Translations under genes and position numbers: made by a program
Notes under the pieces: generated by a model
Told to the model about the DNA's origin: nothing
The model's input: the letters and a program-made list of their open reading frames with translations, nothing else
Databases searched by the model: none
From: Azolla caroliniana
Lineage: Eukaryota; Plantae; Polypodiophyta
Assembly: GCA_043228905.1 (NCBI GenBank)
Contig: JBHGNT010000004.1
Coordinates: forward strand, 8,308,001-8,372,000
DNA: 64,000 nt
Reading direction: 5' to 3'
Shown: positions 24,234 to 38,167 of the stretch, in pieces
Position numbering within the stretch: position 1 is the first letter of the stretch
Layout of the letters: every line of letters starts with the position of its first letter

Positions 24234-25405
24234 AAACCACATGCAAACCGGTTATGCACGGGAGCGATCCCACCATTGGTAAGTGTGAATGTTAACGTGT
24301 GGAAGCGTTAGACAGAACCGGCTTAGCCGGATAGCAATAGAGAATATGATGAAGGTTTAATGGAGAAGCTTAGTGCATAGACAATATACGTGTGAGAGAT
24401 AGAGAGAGCAGAACGTAAACATAGATTCAAAAATAAAACTTTGAAACTTTGTACATACAACGTGCTAAACAACATTATTTATACAAGTCCATAAAGGACT
24501 TACATAAGTACTGACAGGTACTTAAATATTCCTACGTGCGACTGACACTAACTACGAGACAATGATTACCTAGTAGTCTAGGCTACTACTAGGCTTCCAG
24601 TTCCCGCTCGAATCCGTCTCCCCGATCTGGCCGGTTGTTTCCAGATACCGATCCGGATCCAGTTGCGCTTTCTCGCTCAACACTCCCCATCAATCTCAAC
24701 TTGAGGTCAGATCGTGGTGTTAATGTCCGTGGCAACCGGTTCTTCTACTCGGCTCCTTCTAGCATCGTTCCACCTTGGTCGCGCTCCTCGTCCGGTCCGG
24801 TGTTGTTTGCCATGACCCTTCTGTCTAGTTCTACGCACCTCGACCTCCTCGGTCGGCTTGTCTGCTCAACAGGTTCATTTTCAGCTCCCTCATTTTTGCG
24901 ACTCCGGCGCTTGTTGACCCGTCGGTTTCTTTGTGTTGGCGTCGACATCCGCTGCGTCCGTGTCTGCTTGGCCTTTAGTTGATCCGGCTCCTCCGAATCC
25001 AACAGTAGAAGCGAATCAGTTGTCTCCGATTCGTTCCCGCTCTTGTCCAAGTCGGTGTTCTCCAACTGGTCTTCTGGTTTTAGGCCCTTCAGACCATGTC
25101 CGGGTCTTGGCCTTCTCCTTCTTGTCGGCTATGTCCTTGACTCTTTCGCCACTGCCGCTCGTTCCGACTTGTTCGGATGTGCCGACTTCCTTCGTTGGCT
25201 CGACTTCCTTTTTCCTCTTGTCTCCCCTTTTGTTGGTTCTTCCCTTTCTGGTTCCTTGTTCGGTGTCGTCAACAGTTTCTTTTCATGTTCTCCCCCTCAA
25301 GTGCGGCACATCGAGATGTTGAACACCAAGCATTTCGGTGAAGTGCTGCAACTTGTCCGATCCGAGCGGCTTGGTGAAGATGTCGACAACCTGCCAATCT
25401 GCATG
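24234..25405 (-). repeat. 1172-bp inverted duplicate of 9235-10406 (Copia-1 3' end, LTR and flank)
   Basis: Near-identical reverse complement; mirrored ORFs (MENTDLDKSG..., MFPDTDPDP...); LTR copy at 24290-24682. Confidence 0.95.
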
Positions 25406-25830
25406 CCACAAGGAAAAACATGTGCTCGAAAACCATGGGTTCAAGCCCATGGTTTTGTGCATGTTAGAAGGATAGATAAACCTATAAAAACCCTCATAAG
25501 GCTTGTGTAATGGGGGGGAATCAATCAATGAATGAATCAAACAATCTATGAATCATTCTATGTATCAAATTGAAAATTAATAATAAGAATACTTAGTTAT
25601 CTTATTGGTGATGTGTATCTATCTACCTATCTATCTTAAAAACTTCCTCAAATTTTGTTTCTCTCTCTCTCTCTCTCACTCTAACCACATTAGTGCGTCA
25701 CTTCAGCCGCCCATCATCCATAACCACTAGCGGATAGAGGCCTGGTGCTTGTCTGCGCTTGTGACGCGCACATTCCGACGTTTGGCACGTGTGTCACGCG
25801 CCACACGACATCTATTGGCTTTACCACTTG

Positions 25831-28346
25831 TGTCGTGCCTTTCGGCTCCGGATCGTTACGTGAGTCGGGTGGGAACCGCTGGGGTTTTGGACTAGGAGGA
25901 AAGAAAATTCTAAGGCAATTAAGAATATGAAATATATTGTAAGAAAGAAAGATATGAAAAACTCGTGAATCCCACGAGTATAGTGTATTAGTGAGTACTC
26001 AAATTAAGAGAGAAAAATAGTTAGCAAATTCGTGGATCCCACGATTATATTATATTAATCAACCCTTGTAAAATAATCAACAACCTCTATACATCTTTCT
26101 CTCTTCCTTATATAGTGTTGGAAGAGTCTAAGTTTTTTACATGCAAGCATCATGCTTTTCCTATTTTTAGTTTTCATGCGCACTGCATGTGCATGTTTAG
26201 CTTTCTATCTCATCTTTTCTTTTAACATGAGTGTCTATGCATGAATAACTTTTTGTACCATGAATGTCTAGAATTATACATGGGATAAAGTTTAGTATAA
26301 CTTTAAAATTCATAATACACAAGTATAATGATAAGGCTTAACATTATTAACATGGAGGTGCAAGGTTCGAATCTTGCCCTATGCATGTAATATATATTTT
26401 TATACTTTCTTCTATTTACAAATATGTCTCTTCATCCGGTGAGAGACTCTCACCGGCCTTCTTCATCCGACTCTTTCCGGTTCTGCTTCATCCGGTGCTT
26501 GCTAGTTTTCTTTGTCCGGTTCTTGCCAGGACCTCCTTACCAATCTCTTCGTCCGTTTCTCACTGACTCTCACCGGCCTTCTTCATCCGGCTCTTGCCGG
26601 GTCTCCTTACCGGTTTCGGTCCTTACCGGTTCCTTCTTCTAGTTCTCACCGGGTACTCGATGCCCTATCCGGAGAAACAAAAAATGTAATTTTTCACGTA
26701 GTGTGTGAATTACACTACGACACTCGTCCCCTCCTAACCCGCACATCCTCCGATATGTGCCGAAGTCCCCGATGCTTGCTATTCACCTTCATCCGAAGCT
26801 TCCTCCGATTCTCCCCTTAAGTCGACTATGAGTTCTAATCCACTTTCTTCGCTTTCCACATCACCGCGATCTTCATCCGATTGCTCCTTGTCGGTCTTAC
26901 ATAGGGTTCTTCATCAGTCCGCTTCTTGAAAATCTTCACCTATTTCCCAGCTATAGGCACTCGTAGCATTGTTCCATCCAACTCGCATAGTCAGTAAGTT
27001 CTGTTGTCGAAAACTTTCCGAACCTCATATGGCCCGAACCACCTTTTCGTGAACTTCCACATCATTGTATGTTGATGATCCAAACTACTGTCGTAGACAA
27101 TCACCCAATCTCCTTCTTCAATCTTCCACGGTCGTAGTCGGTGCTTTGTGTCGAACCGGCTTTTATTCCGGAATCGCGCTTCTTGTTGTCGGCGTATTGC
27201 TTCCGCTATGTCTTCCGATCTTCCCTCCAGTTGTCGTATCCGAACCGCTAGTAGTTCTTCCCGGCTCATCTCTTCCTTCCATGGTAGCATTGTCCATGTC
27301 GCGATTGCGGTTTCCGTCAGCATTACTGGTGCTTGTCCGGTCATGAGTTCTGCCGGCATGTAACCGGTTATGGAGCTATGCGTCGCCCAATCTGCCCATA
27401 GTGCATACGGAAGCATCTGCGGCCAATCCTTCACCCTTCCGTCGCATGCTTTGGCAAGTGCTTTGACGATCGGACTATGTCCTCGCTTGACCTTCCCGTT
27501 GGCTTCCGGATTGTATGTCGTTGTCAGTGTTAACCAAACTCCATGCTTAGTGAAGAATTCCTTAGCTTTATCAGAGTCGAGTTCTCCCGGATCCGCAATC
27601 ACTTGTCCTACGCACCCGTACCTACAAAACACTTCTTCCAAAAGGAATTGGCATACCATAGAACACATTTTTCTTCGTAGCGCCCGACCTTCTACTTGAT
27701 TTGTGAGATCTTCTCGAGCTAACACCAAGTACTTCTTTTGTCCGATCCCAGTTGGCATGGCTACAATGTCGACTGTCCATTTGAAGTTGATTGTCGGTGA
27801 GAATGCCGGATGTAACTCATCTTAGTGTCGAACTCCGGAGTAGATTTGACACTTCTCGTAGCTTTCCGTGAACTCCGCAACATCTTCGTACATATTCTTC
27901 CACCAATATCTTTGCTTGATCTTCCCAAATGTTGCCCATGTTCCCCGATGTCCAGCCCAATCAAATTCGTGAAATTCGGACATTACTTGGTTTCGTTGCT
28001 CTTTTGTCCCGACTACTCGAAGTGGTATGCCACCCAGTCTTTTCGGCTCCCTCCATAAAAATCCATTTTTCAAGAAGAACTTTTGGACTTGCCATTTCTT
28101 ACTTCGGATCTCGGATCTCTTCTCTTTATTGTCCGATGATTCCTCGATTTCTCGTAGCATTTTCCCGATCAACAAGCTTTCTGCCTCGTACTCTTCTTCT
28201 CGGAATTCTTCGATTACGTCCACCCGGCATATGTGCTCCGAAGCAAAGTAGTCTTCGGAAAGTTCTTCATTATTGGATTCGGTTATGTCATCTCCGAACC
28301 ACGCCCTTGATAGCATATCCGCTACAGCATTGTCTTTTCCGAAGAG
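25831..28346 (-). mobile_element. Gypsy B (same family as A), 3' part: RNase H end, integrase, PPT, 3' LTR 25831-26722
   Basis: Integrase (LAREDLTNQVEGR, YNPEANG, WFGPY); PPT GGGTTAGGAGGGGACGAG next to the LTR; 27690-28345 parallels 1-650. Confidence 0.92.
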
Positions 28347-29239
28347 CGTTATCATAGGTTGCTCAGCTCCTATTGGAGCTGAAGCTTCCTGCCTGTAGTG
28401 CTTGACGGCGAAAATCTTCTTCAGATTTCCCCAAGCATCTTTTGGCGTTTTTGCATCCCGAATGTAGCTTAGGAGTTGTTCGCCCACACAAGACGCAAAG
28501 CAGTACAGTACTCTGCTCATCGACTGTTCCCACACCGGGAAATCTCTGTGTGTCAATTCGGGTGCTGTGTCATTTGCTCCGTTCACATAGCTCCAGTAAC
28601 AGTGCCCGACCAGGTACTGGTGCATCTTGTAGGACCAAGATGCATAGTTGTTTCTGTCGAGTTTCTCCGTCGGAAGTGAGCTAGCCATGCGTCTATCCAT
28701 CGGTTTTTACCTGATCTTCTTGGTTGGTTTTCCTTTCAAGCTATGTCGGCTGCAGAGGTTCTCAACCCTCATGCTTTGATACCATGTAAAAGAATAGCAT
28801 GTGAAAGCAATAGAAAACCGAACACAGAAACGCATGTTTAATGGAAAGCTTAGAATATACACAGTACGCAGGAGAGACAAAGCACACAGAGCACACAGAA
28901 ACTCAATTCAAAATATTACTCAATCTATAACACTCTATACATCGTATGTGTTCAATGAACCCTTTTATACAAGTCCATACAGACTGACAGAAGTACGATG
29001 TACTTCAATGCTCACACAAGCGTCTGACACTAACTACAAGACATTAACTACCTAGTAGTCTAGGCTACTACTAGCCTTCCGGTTACTGTTTGATCCAGCT
29101 AACCGGCTCCCCAGCTCACCGGCTCAATTGCTCACCGGCTCGCCGATCCGTCTCACCGATCCGGCTTCATCCTTCCGGATGCTGATCCGGCTCAGGCATA
29201 TTCAACCGATCCGGATCCGGTGGAGCTTGCCGCTCAACA
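28347..29239 (-). mobile_element. Ty1/Copia element 2, 5' half (LTR 28785-29239, iMet PBS, gag N-terminus)
   Basis: PBS TGGTATCAAAGC (28773-28784); MASSLPTEKLDRNNYASW; LTR alignable to 13686-14116. Confidence 0.88.
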
Positions 29240-29479
29240 AAAAGTGAAAAGGATCTTCCTGCATTTTTGCTTTTTTGCTTTTTTGCCCTGCGTCCAAGCA
29301 GTCTGTTTGCTGTTGTTGTTGTTGCGTCGTTGTATGCAGATGAAGTATCCATGGCGACCTCATCATCTATCTCCTTTTCTCTCATTCCTCGTCGCCAAGA
29401 AACCCATGGAACCTCCCTTCAGAAAACCTCACATCTCCTTAGCTTTCCCCCAACCTCGCATCCTCACTACATCCTCCTC

Positions 29480-32000
29480 ATACAACATTTGCAAATGGTA
29501 ATGCCAAACCTTTGATTTAACATGCTGAGAATTTAAATGTATAGAAAACACTTTAGATACTAGTAAAAACAAAAAAGAAGCAAGTGGACATCCTTGTCTT
29601 GTTGATCTTGAAATAGAGGATCTCCTACCAACATCCCTTGCAAATAAAAGAGAACTATGTGCATTACAATATAATGTTGAAACACATTTTATCCATATGT
29701 TTGGAAAACCCATCTTGACCAAAGTGCCCTCCATAAAATCCCAACCCACTATGTCATAAGCTTTTTCAAAATCCAGAAATAACACTGCCAAATCTTGCTT
29801 CTACACTTAAGCAAATTCTACCATTTCCCAAAAAAGAATAATATTATCAAAAATACTTCTCTCTTGTATAAAACCCGTTTCAGAATCATGAATTAGTTCA
29901 GAAAGATAAGGTTGTAAACATCTAGCTATCGTTTTTCCTAATATCTTATAAATAACATTCAACAAAGTAATGGGCCTGTAATGATGAAGCTCCTCTAACT
30001 GACCACTTGATTTGGGAATCATGTAGATTAAACCGTCATTCCATTCTTGTGGCATATTTGCAGAATCTAAAATCTATTGATAAGCTTTGGTTAGTCCCTC
30101 ACCTATCAAATCCCAATATTGTATATACAACTGAACCCCCAGGCCATCCAATCCAAGACAAATGTCCTTTCCTAGGGCCTTTGCTGCTTCAAGGATCTCT
30201 TGAGGACTTAGTGGTTGCAAAAGACATTCTGAAAATTTAACAGACACTCTATGTTGAATCCTCTCTTCTATCTGACGTGGAGTACGCTAAAGAATCATGC
30301 AGCCTTACAAAAGCAGACACATGCCACAAATCCATTAACGCCAAAGAAAAAATCAGTCGTTCCCATTCATATAATTCGGAACCAGCTACTGTATCTAACC
30401 TTCCTCCTACCCTATCACACACATCCTCCAACATATTAAAGTCACCTGCAATTGCCTAATGGTCCACAATGGGTAATTGTGAAAGTATGCTCTTCCATAA
30501 TACCGTTCTATCTCTTGCATTATTTGGTGCATAAATATTCAATAAACCCCACTTCTTCCAACCTATTTGAAAAATTGCAGATTGACCTCGACCACATGAC
30601 AAGACTCCATAATGTAAGAAGGAGAACAACCAGATATCATTTATTGCTATGCAAAGTCCCACGTTCAGATTATTATCACCAATTGCAAGCACCCAAAACT
30701 GCCTACATTGGCTTCGCAACAAATTTCCATATTTCCAAATCTTTTGTTCATTTAAATGGTGCTCTTGAATCAAAAGAACATCAATCCTACCTACCAAGGA
30801 CTTCCTCAAGTGATGACGGAAAACACTCCTTACTTTACAACAAATTTTGCCTCCTAGACCCCGTACATTCCATGATATAATATTTAACCTATCCATCATT
30901 CATTTTTTTTCCTCCTATTCTTCTTTCAGCAAGTGCACCCTTTCTACGCTTTCTTCCAGCCTTTGAGGCCCGTAATTGTCTCTTATTAGACCAAAAATCT
31001 TTCCCTATCAACTTATGTGATCGTATTGGCATGTGCTTATATATTGTAGGAACCCTATCAGAAGATCTATTCGTGGAAGTGAAAGCAACTATAGCCTCAC
31101 AATCCATGTCAACATGTGAAAGGTCTACCTTGCCCACTTCTGTTTGTTGAATGTAAGTCAGGAGTAGGGGCATATCAAATTGTTGTACATGATCGAAAAC
31201 ATGTTGTTTACCCTTATTAAGTCAATATTATTAACTTTATTAACGGATTCCAAAGGTCGTACATGTGAAAGGATGTCCTTGGAATTATGTGCCACACGAT
31301 GTTCCTTTGTAAAGACTCATGGGGAAAGTCCGGTATCCATTTTAATATTACTCGCATCCTTTTCCACTTCCTGCAAAGAGTGACAAGGGTTAGCTTCAAG
31401 TAATAAGACTGGATTAATCCCCGTATTACTTGGTTTAAAAACATGTTTTGTTAAAATTGTAAACCAACCATCATTATTAACAACTGCTCGATTAGGTATA
31501 TGAGCTTCTACATTCGGACATCACTTCTGACAATCTCGACCTAAATGACCAAACTGACAGTACACAAAGTATTGATTAGGCATACCTTGATAATACACCT
31601 TTTGTACCACCAGAGGTTTATTAATAAGCAAATTAGGTAAAGATATAGTTGTAGGCAATCGAACATTTTTTGGTGCGATCAACCGAACTATTGGAACCCC
31701 ACCCACTCTATCTATCCCAGAAGCATGTCCATCGCACATAGCAATGAATTTACCTACCAAAGTCCCAATGCGAGGAAGAACGTTCCGCCACTCCTTCCTC
31801 AAACTAGGGAATACCATCGTAAAAACCATGCTAGACTCCTAATCCTGCAAAATGTCATCCACCTTAACATGATGCAACCATTTGTGAAAGGAAATCCACA
31901 CACCTTCCACACCCGCCTACTTATTGTGGATTTAAGAGTGCGTTCTTTGCATTTTTAAATTGTGTTTCAGTGCCTTAGGAATTGGGGATTGCCTTTTATC
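29480..32000 (-). mobile_element. Degenerate L1-type LINE (ORF1 zinc knuckle; ORF2 endonuclease and RT)
   Basis: CQFGHLGRDC; ISWNVRGLG, LLIQE, NIYAPN; YRPITLLNVIYKI, FLDFEKAYD, RQGCPL. Confidence 0.88.
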
Positions 32001-32128
32001 TTTTATCTCTTATGACAAATAAAAGGCATACTCGTATGTTAGTTCTCTTTGTTGGAGGCATCAAGGACTGTGATACAAGCAAATTGCGATTTGTAGGATT
32101 GTAGGGCATCATGTCCACTATTTGCATT

Positions 32129-32694
32129 TGTTGAGAGATCAAGCTCAACTTAGTTTAGTTATTTAGTCAACTATGTAACTTCGTAGTTACCTAGATAGAA
32201 TCTAGTTAGAAGTGTTGACTATAACGCCTTAAATAGGACCTTGTACTTAAGTGGGATGTTCTAGATCCTCCACTCCTAACTACATTTAATATAGGACTTA
32301 CACCTTAGTACCTATATTCTACTCACACATGTGCACCTTTGCACATGAGATATATATATACCTCATTGTGGGTATTTTTGTATTTGATGATGATGATGCT
32401 AATTTAATATAGAGTTAATCATTCCCCATCTTGTGTTGTTAATAAGTGTTAACTTCCTCTCTCTCTCTTCCTCTCACACACATACACACACATATCACTT
32501 AATCTTCCGCTTATCAACTAATCACATAATTAGCTAATTATTAACCCCTAGTTAATTAGCTAATTATTAACCCCTAGTTAATTACCTAATTATTAACCCC
32601 TAGTTAATTACCTAATTCTTAAACATGGTATTCGAGCGTGTGGTTTAGAAAATCCACTAAGCCCACTCGACTCCGTGATTGTGTGTTTGAGACG
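32129..32694 (+). mobile_element. Copia-type 5' LTR (32129-32625) with degenerate PBS, truncated after it
   Basis: TGTTGAGA..ATCAAGCTCAACTT start shared with LTR 37825; ends AAACA then TGGTATTCGAGC; ~26-bp tandem repeats at 32528-32620. Confidence 0.7.
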
Positions 32695-34320
32695 CCACCG
32701 AAATCAACTATGAAATTCATGATAAGGAGCTATTAGCAATAGTGGACTCTTTTACACAATGGAGGCATTTTCTAGAGGGATCTTCTCATCAAGTCACTAT
32801 ATTCAGTGATCACAAAAACCTTGCCTACTTTCAAAATGCTCATGTGTTAAATCGACGTCAAGCTCGGTGGGCCCAATTCCTCGTTAGTTTCGATTTCAAA
32901 ATTACATACCATCCGGGGAAGCAATAAGGGAAGGCAGATGCATTATCACGGCACTCGTATCTAGCACCGTGTCCTAGCAAGCCAACTTTCGATAACCAAA
33001 AGCAAGTAATCATGGGACCAACATGACTCCGAGCAACATAGGTCTTCACTATGCCCTTGGATTCCCACGTTATCGATACCATACGTCAGGACTTGAAGAC
33101 AGATGCTTTCGCCCAAGCCATTCTAGCACAAATTGATCCCTCTCGAGCATCTTGTTCACAGTCGCAACAACCAGGTACGAACTATCGACAATTCGAATGC
33201 CATGCTGGATTACTATTCTTTAAGAAACTCTTGTCTGTTCCCAATGGTTCTTGTCGCCTTCGAGTAGTCCAAAACTGTCATGGCACATATACAGCTCGGC
33301 ATTTTGGTAGTACTAAAACATTAGATTTAGTACAATGATCATTTTGGTGGTCCCATATGCGACAATTTGTCGAAGATTTTGTTCAGACTTGTGATACATG
33401 TTGCAGAGCAAAAATGTCAAGGCATCATCCATATGGTTTATTAGAACCATTACCAATTCCAAGCAAGCTGTGGCAATCCATTGCGCTAGATTTCATCACA
33501 GATCTTCCGGTCTCTAAGGGATTCAATGTGATTTTAACATTAGTAGATCGATATACGAAGATGGCCCATTTCCTACCATGTACTAAGGAAATCTCCAGTA
33601 AGGAAACCACTGAAACTGTCATGCGTGAAGTATGTCAGCATCATGGCCTTCCCGATATTATCATCAGCGACCGTGGACCCCAGTTCATCTCGAAATTCTG
33701 GAGCACCTCTTTAAAATGCTCAAGGTCACTTGTAACCTCTCTTTCGGCTACCACTCGCAAACAGACAACCAAGAAAAACGAACGAATCAAATGTTGGACC
33801 AGTATCTTCGGTGCTATCATCAAGATGACTGGGCGGATATTCTCCACTTCGCCGAATTTGTGTATAATAACTCTATCCACTCATCGACAAAGGTTACACC
33901 ATTTTATGCTTATAAGGGATGTCACCCCCGGTTGTGTGTATTTGAAACCCTAGAGTTACCCACAAATCCTTGCGCAGAGGATCGTTTGGAGCGGTTACGC
34001 AAGATACAAGCAGATTTATCTACTCATCTACAGCGTGCTCAACAAACACACATGGTTTATGTTGATTGTCATCGGCTTCCATCCAGTTTAACATAGGAGA
34101 TTGGATATGGCTACTTCGATGACACATCAAGACTACTCGCCCAAGCGAGAAGTTGGATTATCGGCAATTAGGTCCTTTCCGTATTATCAGAAAAATTAAT
34201 GATGTCACTTTTCGTCTCGATCTACCTCCAGAATTTCAGATACATCCGGTGTTTCATAGTTCTCTCCTCGAACCCTATCAAGACAACACCATCCCAAGTC
34301 GTATTAAACAACCTCCACCC
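32695..34320 (+). mobile_element. Tcn1-like chromovirus fragment (RNase H-integrase)
   Basis: Collinear with 18130-19596 and 21652-21820 (SDHKNL, DFITDLP, SDRGPQF, LGPF); stops. Confidence 0.88.
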
Positions 34321-35085
34321 ATGGTACCAAGTTGGCTCTTGGAAAAGGTACAATTTATCTGTCAATCAATCATAAATCCAAAATTACAATCTTGAATGTT
34401 TACTTTGTCCCCGGTTTAGCAAAGAACCTACTATTTGTAAGTGAGGCTACATCAAATGGAACGATAATCGAATTTCATTACAATTGTGTTATAATTCATT
34501 ACAAGTTACCCACTAGAGATATAATTAAAACATCATGTCCGAAGATTGGAAAATTATATACCCACTAAAGATGATGGATCATTTGCCAGTTGAAGCATAT
34601 ATAGCTTCAAGCCATCAACAAGATGATCAAACGTTGATATGGCACCATCAGCTAGGCCACCTACATCAAAAATCAATGAAGACAATTCAAACACATAAAC
34701 TTGTTGAAGGTATACCAACTAAACCATTTCAATATTTATCTATTTGTGAAGGACGTATTTACGGCAAGCAAAGTAGAAGAAAGTTCCCTCACCATATTCA
34801 TCAAACCGAGAGGCCACTCCAAATCATCCATTCCGACTTATGCGGGCCGCGACAAATACCTTCAATAACTAGTAAATCGATATTTCATTACCTTTATTGA
34901 TGACTTCACAAGATTGACCATAATTTACTTCATGAAGAGTAAAGGCAGTGCTTTCAATGCCTTCAAAACCTATAAAGCAGTTGCTGAAAACCAATGACAA
35001 TCTCAAATTAAAACAATTAGAACAAATAATGATGGTGAATATTGTTCGATGGAATGGAAGAGATTTTGTAAGACACAAGGAATAA
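34321..35085 (+). pseudogene. Copia fragment (late protease, pre-integrase, integrase N-terminus)
   Basis: VPGLAKNLL, WHHQLGHL, IHSDLCGP, FIDDFTR. Confidence 0.8.
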
Positions 35086-37385
35086 GTGTGCAGAAATAGC
35101 GCTCGGCCACAACTATGTCTCAATCACAATGAAAGAAACTGACCAGAAATAAGTTTAATGCACTTACACAGAATGAGACAACACAATATATTTACGTGGA
35201 AAACCTCAAGAGGCAAAACCTCAGGAGTTCGCAGACTCCGAATAGGATCACTATAGGGAAGAGGTACTACAATGTGAGACTCTGAGGAAATGACCTTGAA
35301 TTCTACCTTCGCCAACCGGCGGTTACAATAGAAAAGCGTTTTGTATCCCTCTCCCTCTCTCTCTCCCTCTTTCTATCTCTCTGTACAACAATAATGATAA
35401 CTACTACTACAAAAATATTGTCCTAGTTTTATTTATACTTATATAATTTTGGGGCTATTTACAAATATGACCTCTATAGTCACATCAGAACATATTCACT
35501 AATATTTCCGGCCGGATATCTTCTAGACCCATCCGATCTAGTTTTCCAGATACCCTCCCGATCCATCACATCCAATTCTTTCCTTCGTCTCGTTCGGATC
35601 CCATTCGAAGGGACCGGTTTCACAACAAACTCCCCCTTCACTCTGGCATGGGATGTCTCATTAGTCCGATCCATCTCTAGCATGCGTCTAGCTTGTCAGA
35701 TGACAACACCTTGGTCAACATGTCCGACCTGTTCTCCTCCGTATGGATCTTCGTCAGTGAAAACTCTTTATCTTCTACCTTCTCCCGTAGCCAGCTGTAT
35801 CTCCTCTGGACGTGCTCGGTCTGGGAGTGGTAGGCCACATTCTTTGCAAGGTGGGTGGCACTTTTACTATCGTAATAAAGCTAGTATTCCTCCTATTGGA
35901 TCTCTAGCTCTCTGATAAAGTCCTTCATCTAGATTACTTCCTTCCCATCTTTCGCGGCTGCCATGTACTCTGCTTGCATTGACGACAGTGTAACGGACTT
36001 CTGCATCCTCGACTTCTAGGATACGGCTCCTCCAACATATGTCTTGATGTATCCAGATGTAGACAGGCTCGTATTTGCATAAGCCGACATGTCCGAATCG
36101 GTGAAGCCTTTTAGTTGGGGTTTACGGGAGCCGAATCAGACGCACGTACTCGAGGTGCCTTTCCGGTACCAGAGTATCCACTTGACAACGGCACATTGTT
36201 CACTTTCCGTATTGATCATGAACCAACTGATCACTCCAATTGCATATCTGATTTCCGGTCGCATACACACCATTGCGCACATGAGGCTTCTGACTACAGA
36301 GGCATACAGTATCTTCATCATTTCCGACTTCTCTGCCTTTGTTTACGGACTCTGCTTTTTGGACAATTTGCAATTTTCCGGAAGTATCGACCCAACCGGC
36401 TTAGCATCTAACATGCTGAACCTTTGAAGCACCTTTGTCACGTACTTCTCCTATGACAGCCACAATTGTTTCTTCAACCCATCCCGGATTATGTGCATTC
36501 CCAAAATCTGTCTTGCCGGACCCATATCTTTCATTGTGAATGACCAACTGAAGGCCTTCTTCAGCATTCTGATTTTGATACGGTTCCATACGACGATCAA
36601 CATGTCATCCATGTACAGCAGTAGTAGGAATTCTCCTCCGACAAAATTCTTCATGTAGTGGTCGCCTTGCATCTTGTGGTATCCTTGATTGGTCATGAAG
36701 AAGTCGAACTTGTGGTACCATTGTCGGGGGGGTTGCTTTAGTCCGTATAAGCTCTTTTTCAACCGGCACAACAGGTTCTCCTTCCCTTTCTTGACGAATC
36801 CTTCCAGTTGTTGATGTAGATCTCTTCTTCGAGGTCGCCATGTAGGAACACCGTCTTGATGTCTAGTTTCTCTACCTCGAGGTCCATGCTTGCTGCTATG
36901 CTCAACACCATCCGGATGGTTGTCATCTTCACTATCGGGGTAAAGATCTCATTCCTTTCTTCAATTGAAATCCCTTCACCACAATGCGGGCTTTGTATCT
37001 CGGTGGATTTCCAGTGTCTCCCGGTTTCATCTTGTACACCCACTTGTTTCGGAGCGCTCTCTTTCCTTTCGGCGACTCTGTCAATTCATATGTGTGGTTC
37101 TCATGCAGGGAATCCATCTCATCTTGCATGGCACTTAACCACTTGTGGTTGTGGGTGTCTTCCTTTGCTTCTTCGAACCTTTCCGGCTCTCCCTTGTTGG
37201 TCAATATTACATGCTCTACATTAGGAAATCTCCGAGGGGGCGAGGGGAGGCTTCTCTCTCCTAGAGGGTATCTCCGTCCTAGGTTTTTGTTGAGCAGGCA
37301 AGGTCAACCGGATCCAGATCGGTATCGGAAACCTGTAGCTTAACCTGAGAACCAGATTGTACTCCGAAATAGTGAGAACAGGAAC
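35086..37385 (-). mobile_element. Copia 3' part (RT-RNase H, PPT, truncated 3' LTR ~35086-35627); family of the element at 55525
   Basis: [30 protein letters not shown]; PPT GAAGGGGGAG (35630-35639); LTR similar to 55525-56250. Confidence 0.85.
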
Positions 37386-37439
37386 ACCGTTGCCCAAGCT
37401 CATCAGATATCCCTAAGAAAACTCTCATGTTTGGATAAG

Positions 37440-38119
37440 AGATTAGTATGAAGGGAGGGAAACGAAAATCGATTCAAATAGTCATGAGTAGTACTAAGAC
37501 AGAGAAGGCATTAGTATTAAAAGATGAGGATTAGTACTAAGGGCGGTGTAGAACTCTCGAGAGAAGGAAAGAGTGTGTGTGTGTGTGAGAGAGAGAGTGA
37601 TGATAACAAAAGATATATATTATGTTAAGAGAATATACAATAGTAGTTAGGAGGCTTAAGACTGGCATTGAACCGATTTGGTTCGAAATAATGCCTTGTG
37701 CCTCCTTTTATAGTGTTCTCAGGAGTACTCCTGAAGTTTCTAGAATGTTCCAGAGAAATCTGGAATATACATCAATTTTCTATAATAAAACTTAAATGAA
37801 AATAATATTCTTCGTATTACAACATGTTGAGAATCAAGCTCAACTTGGTCTAGTGTGTGAACTCACCTTGAGAGTGAAGAGACACTCCAACGGTCAAGAG
37901 TCACCATTATGTCACCACTTTGTATTCTAGCATTTAGTATGAGTCGTAGAATCATATTCTATGACACATAACTTATGAGCTTTCACATTCCCCATGCTCC
38001 ATGAGCCTTGTAGTTAATGAAGAGAGAGGGTGACTACATAAAGCACCCTCCTCCCACCTTGTACAGCGTTGAGTCTTTCTCCTTTGTCAATATACTTTTA
38101 CCTTGCGTATTCTCTGTGT

Positions 38120-38167
<48 letters not shown>

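Noticed and set aside
1-28346. Gypsy A and B as two halves of one element
   Set aside because: They overlap in RNase H/integrase sequence with many differences and have diverged LTRs.
27822-28700. 292-aa Copia-gag/Gypsy-pol fusion ORF as a new protein
   Set aside because: Chance in-frame junction after a frameshift between two broken elements.
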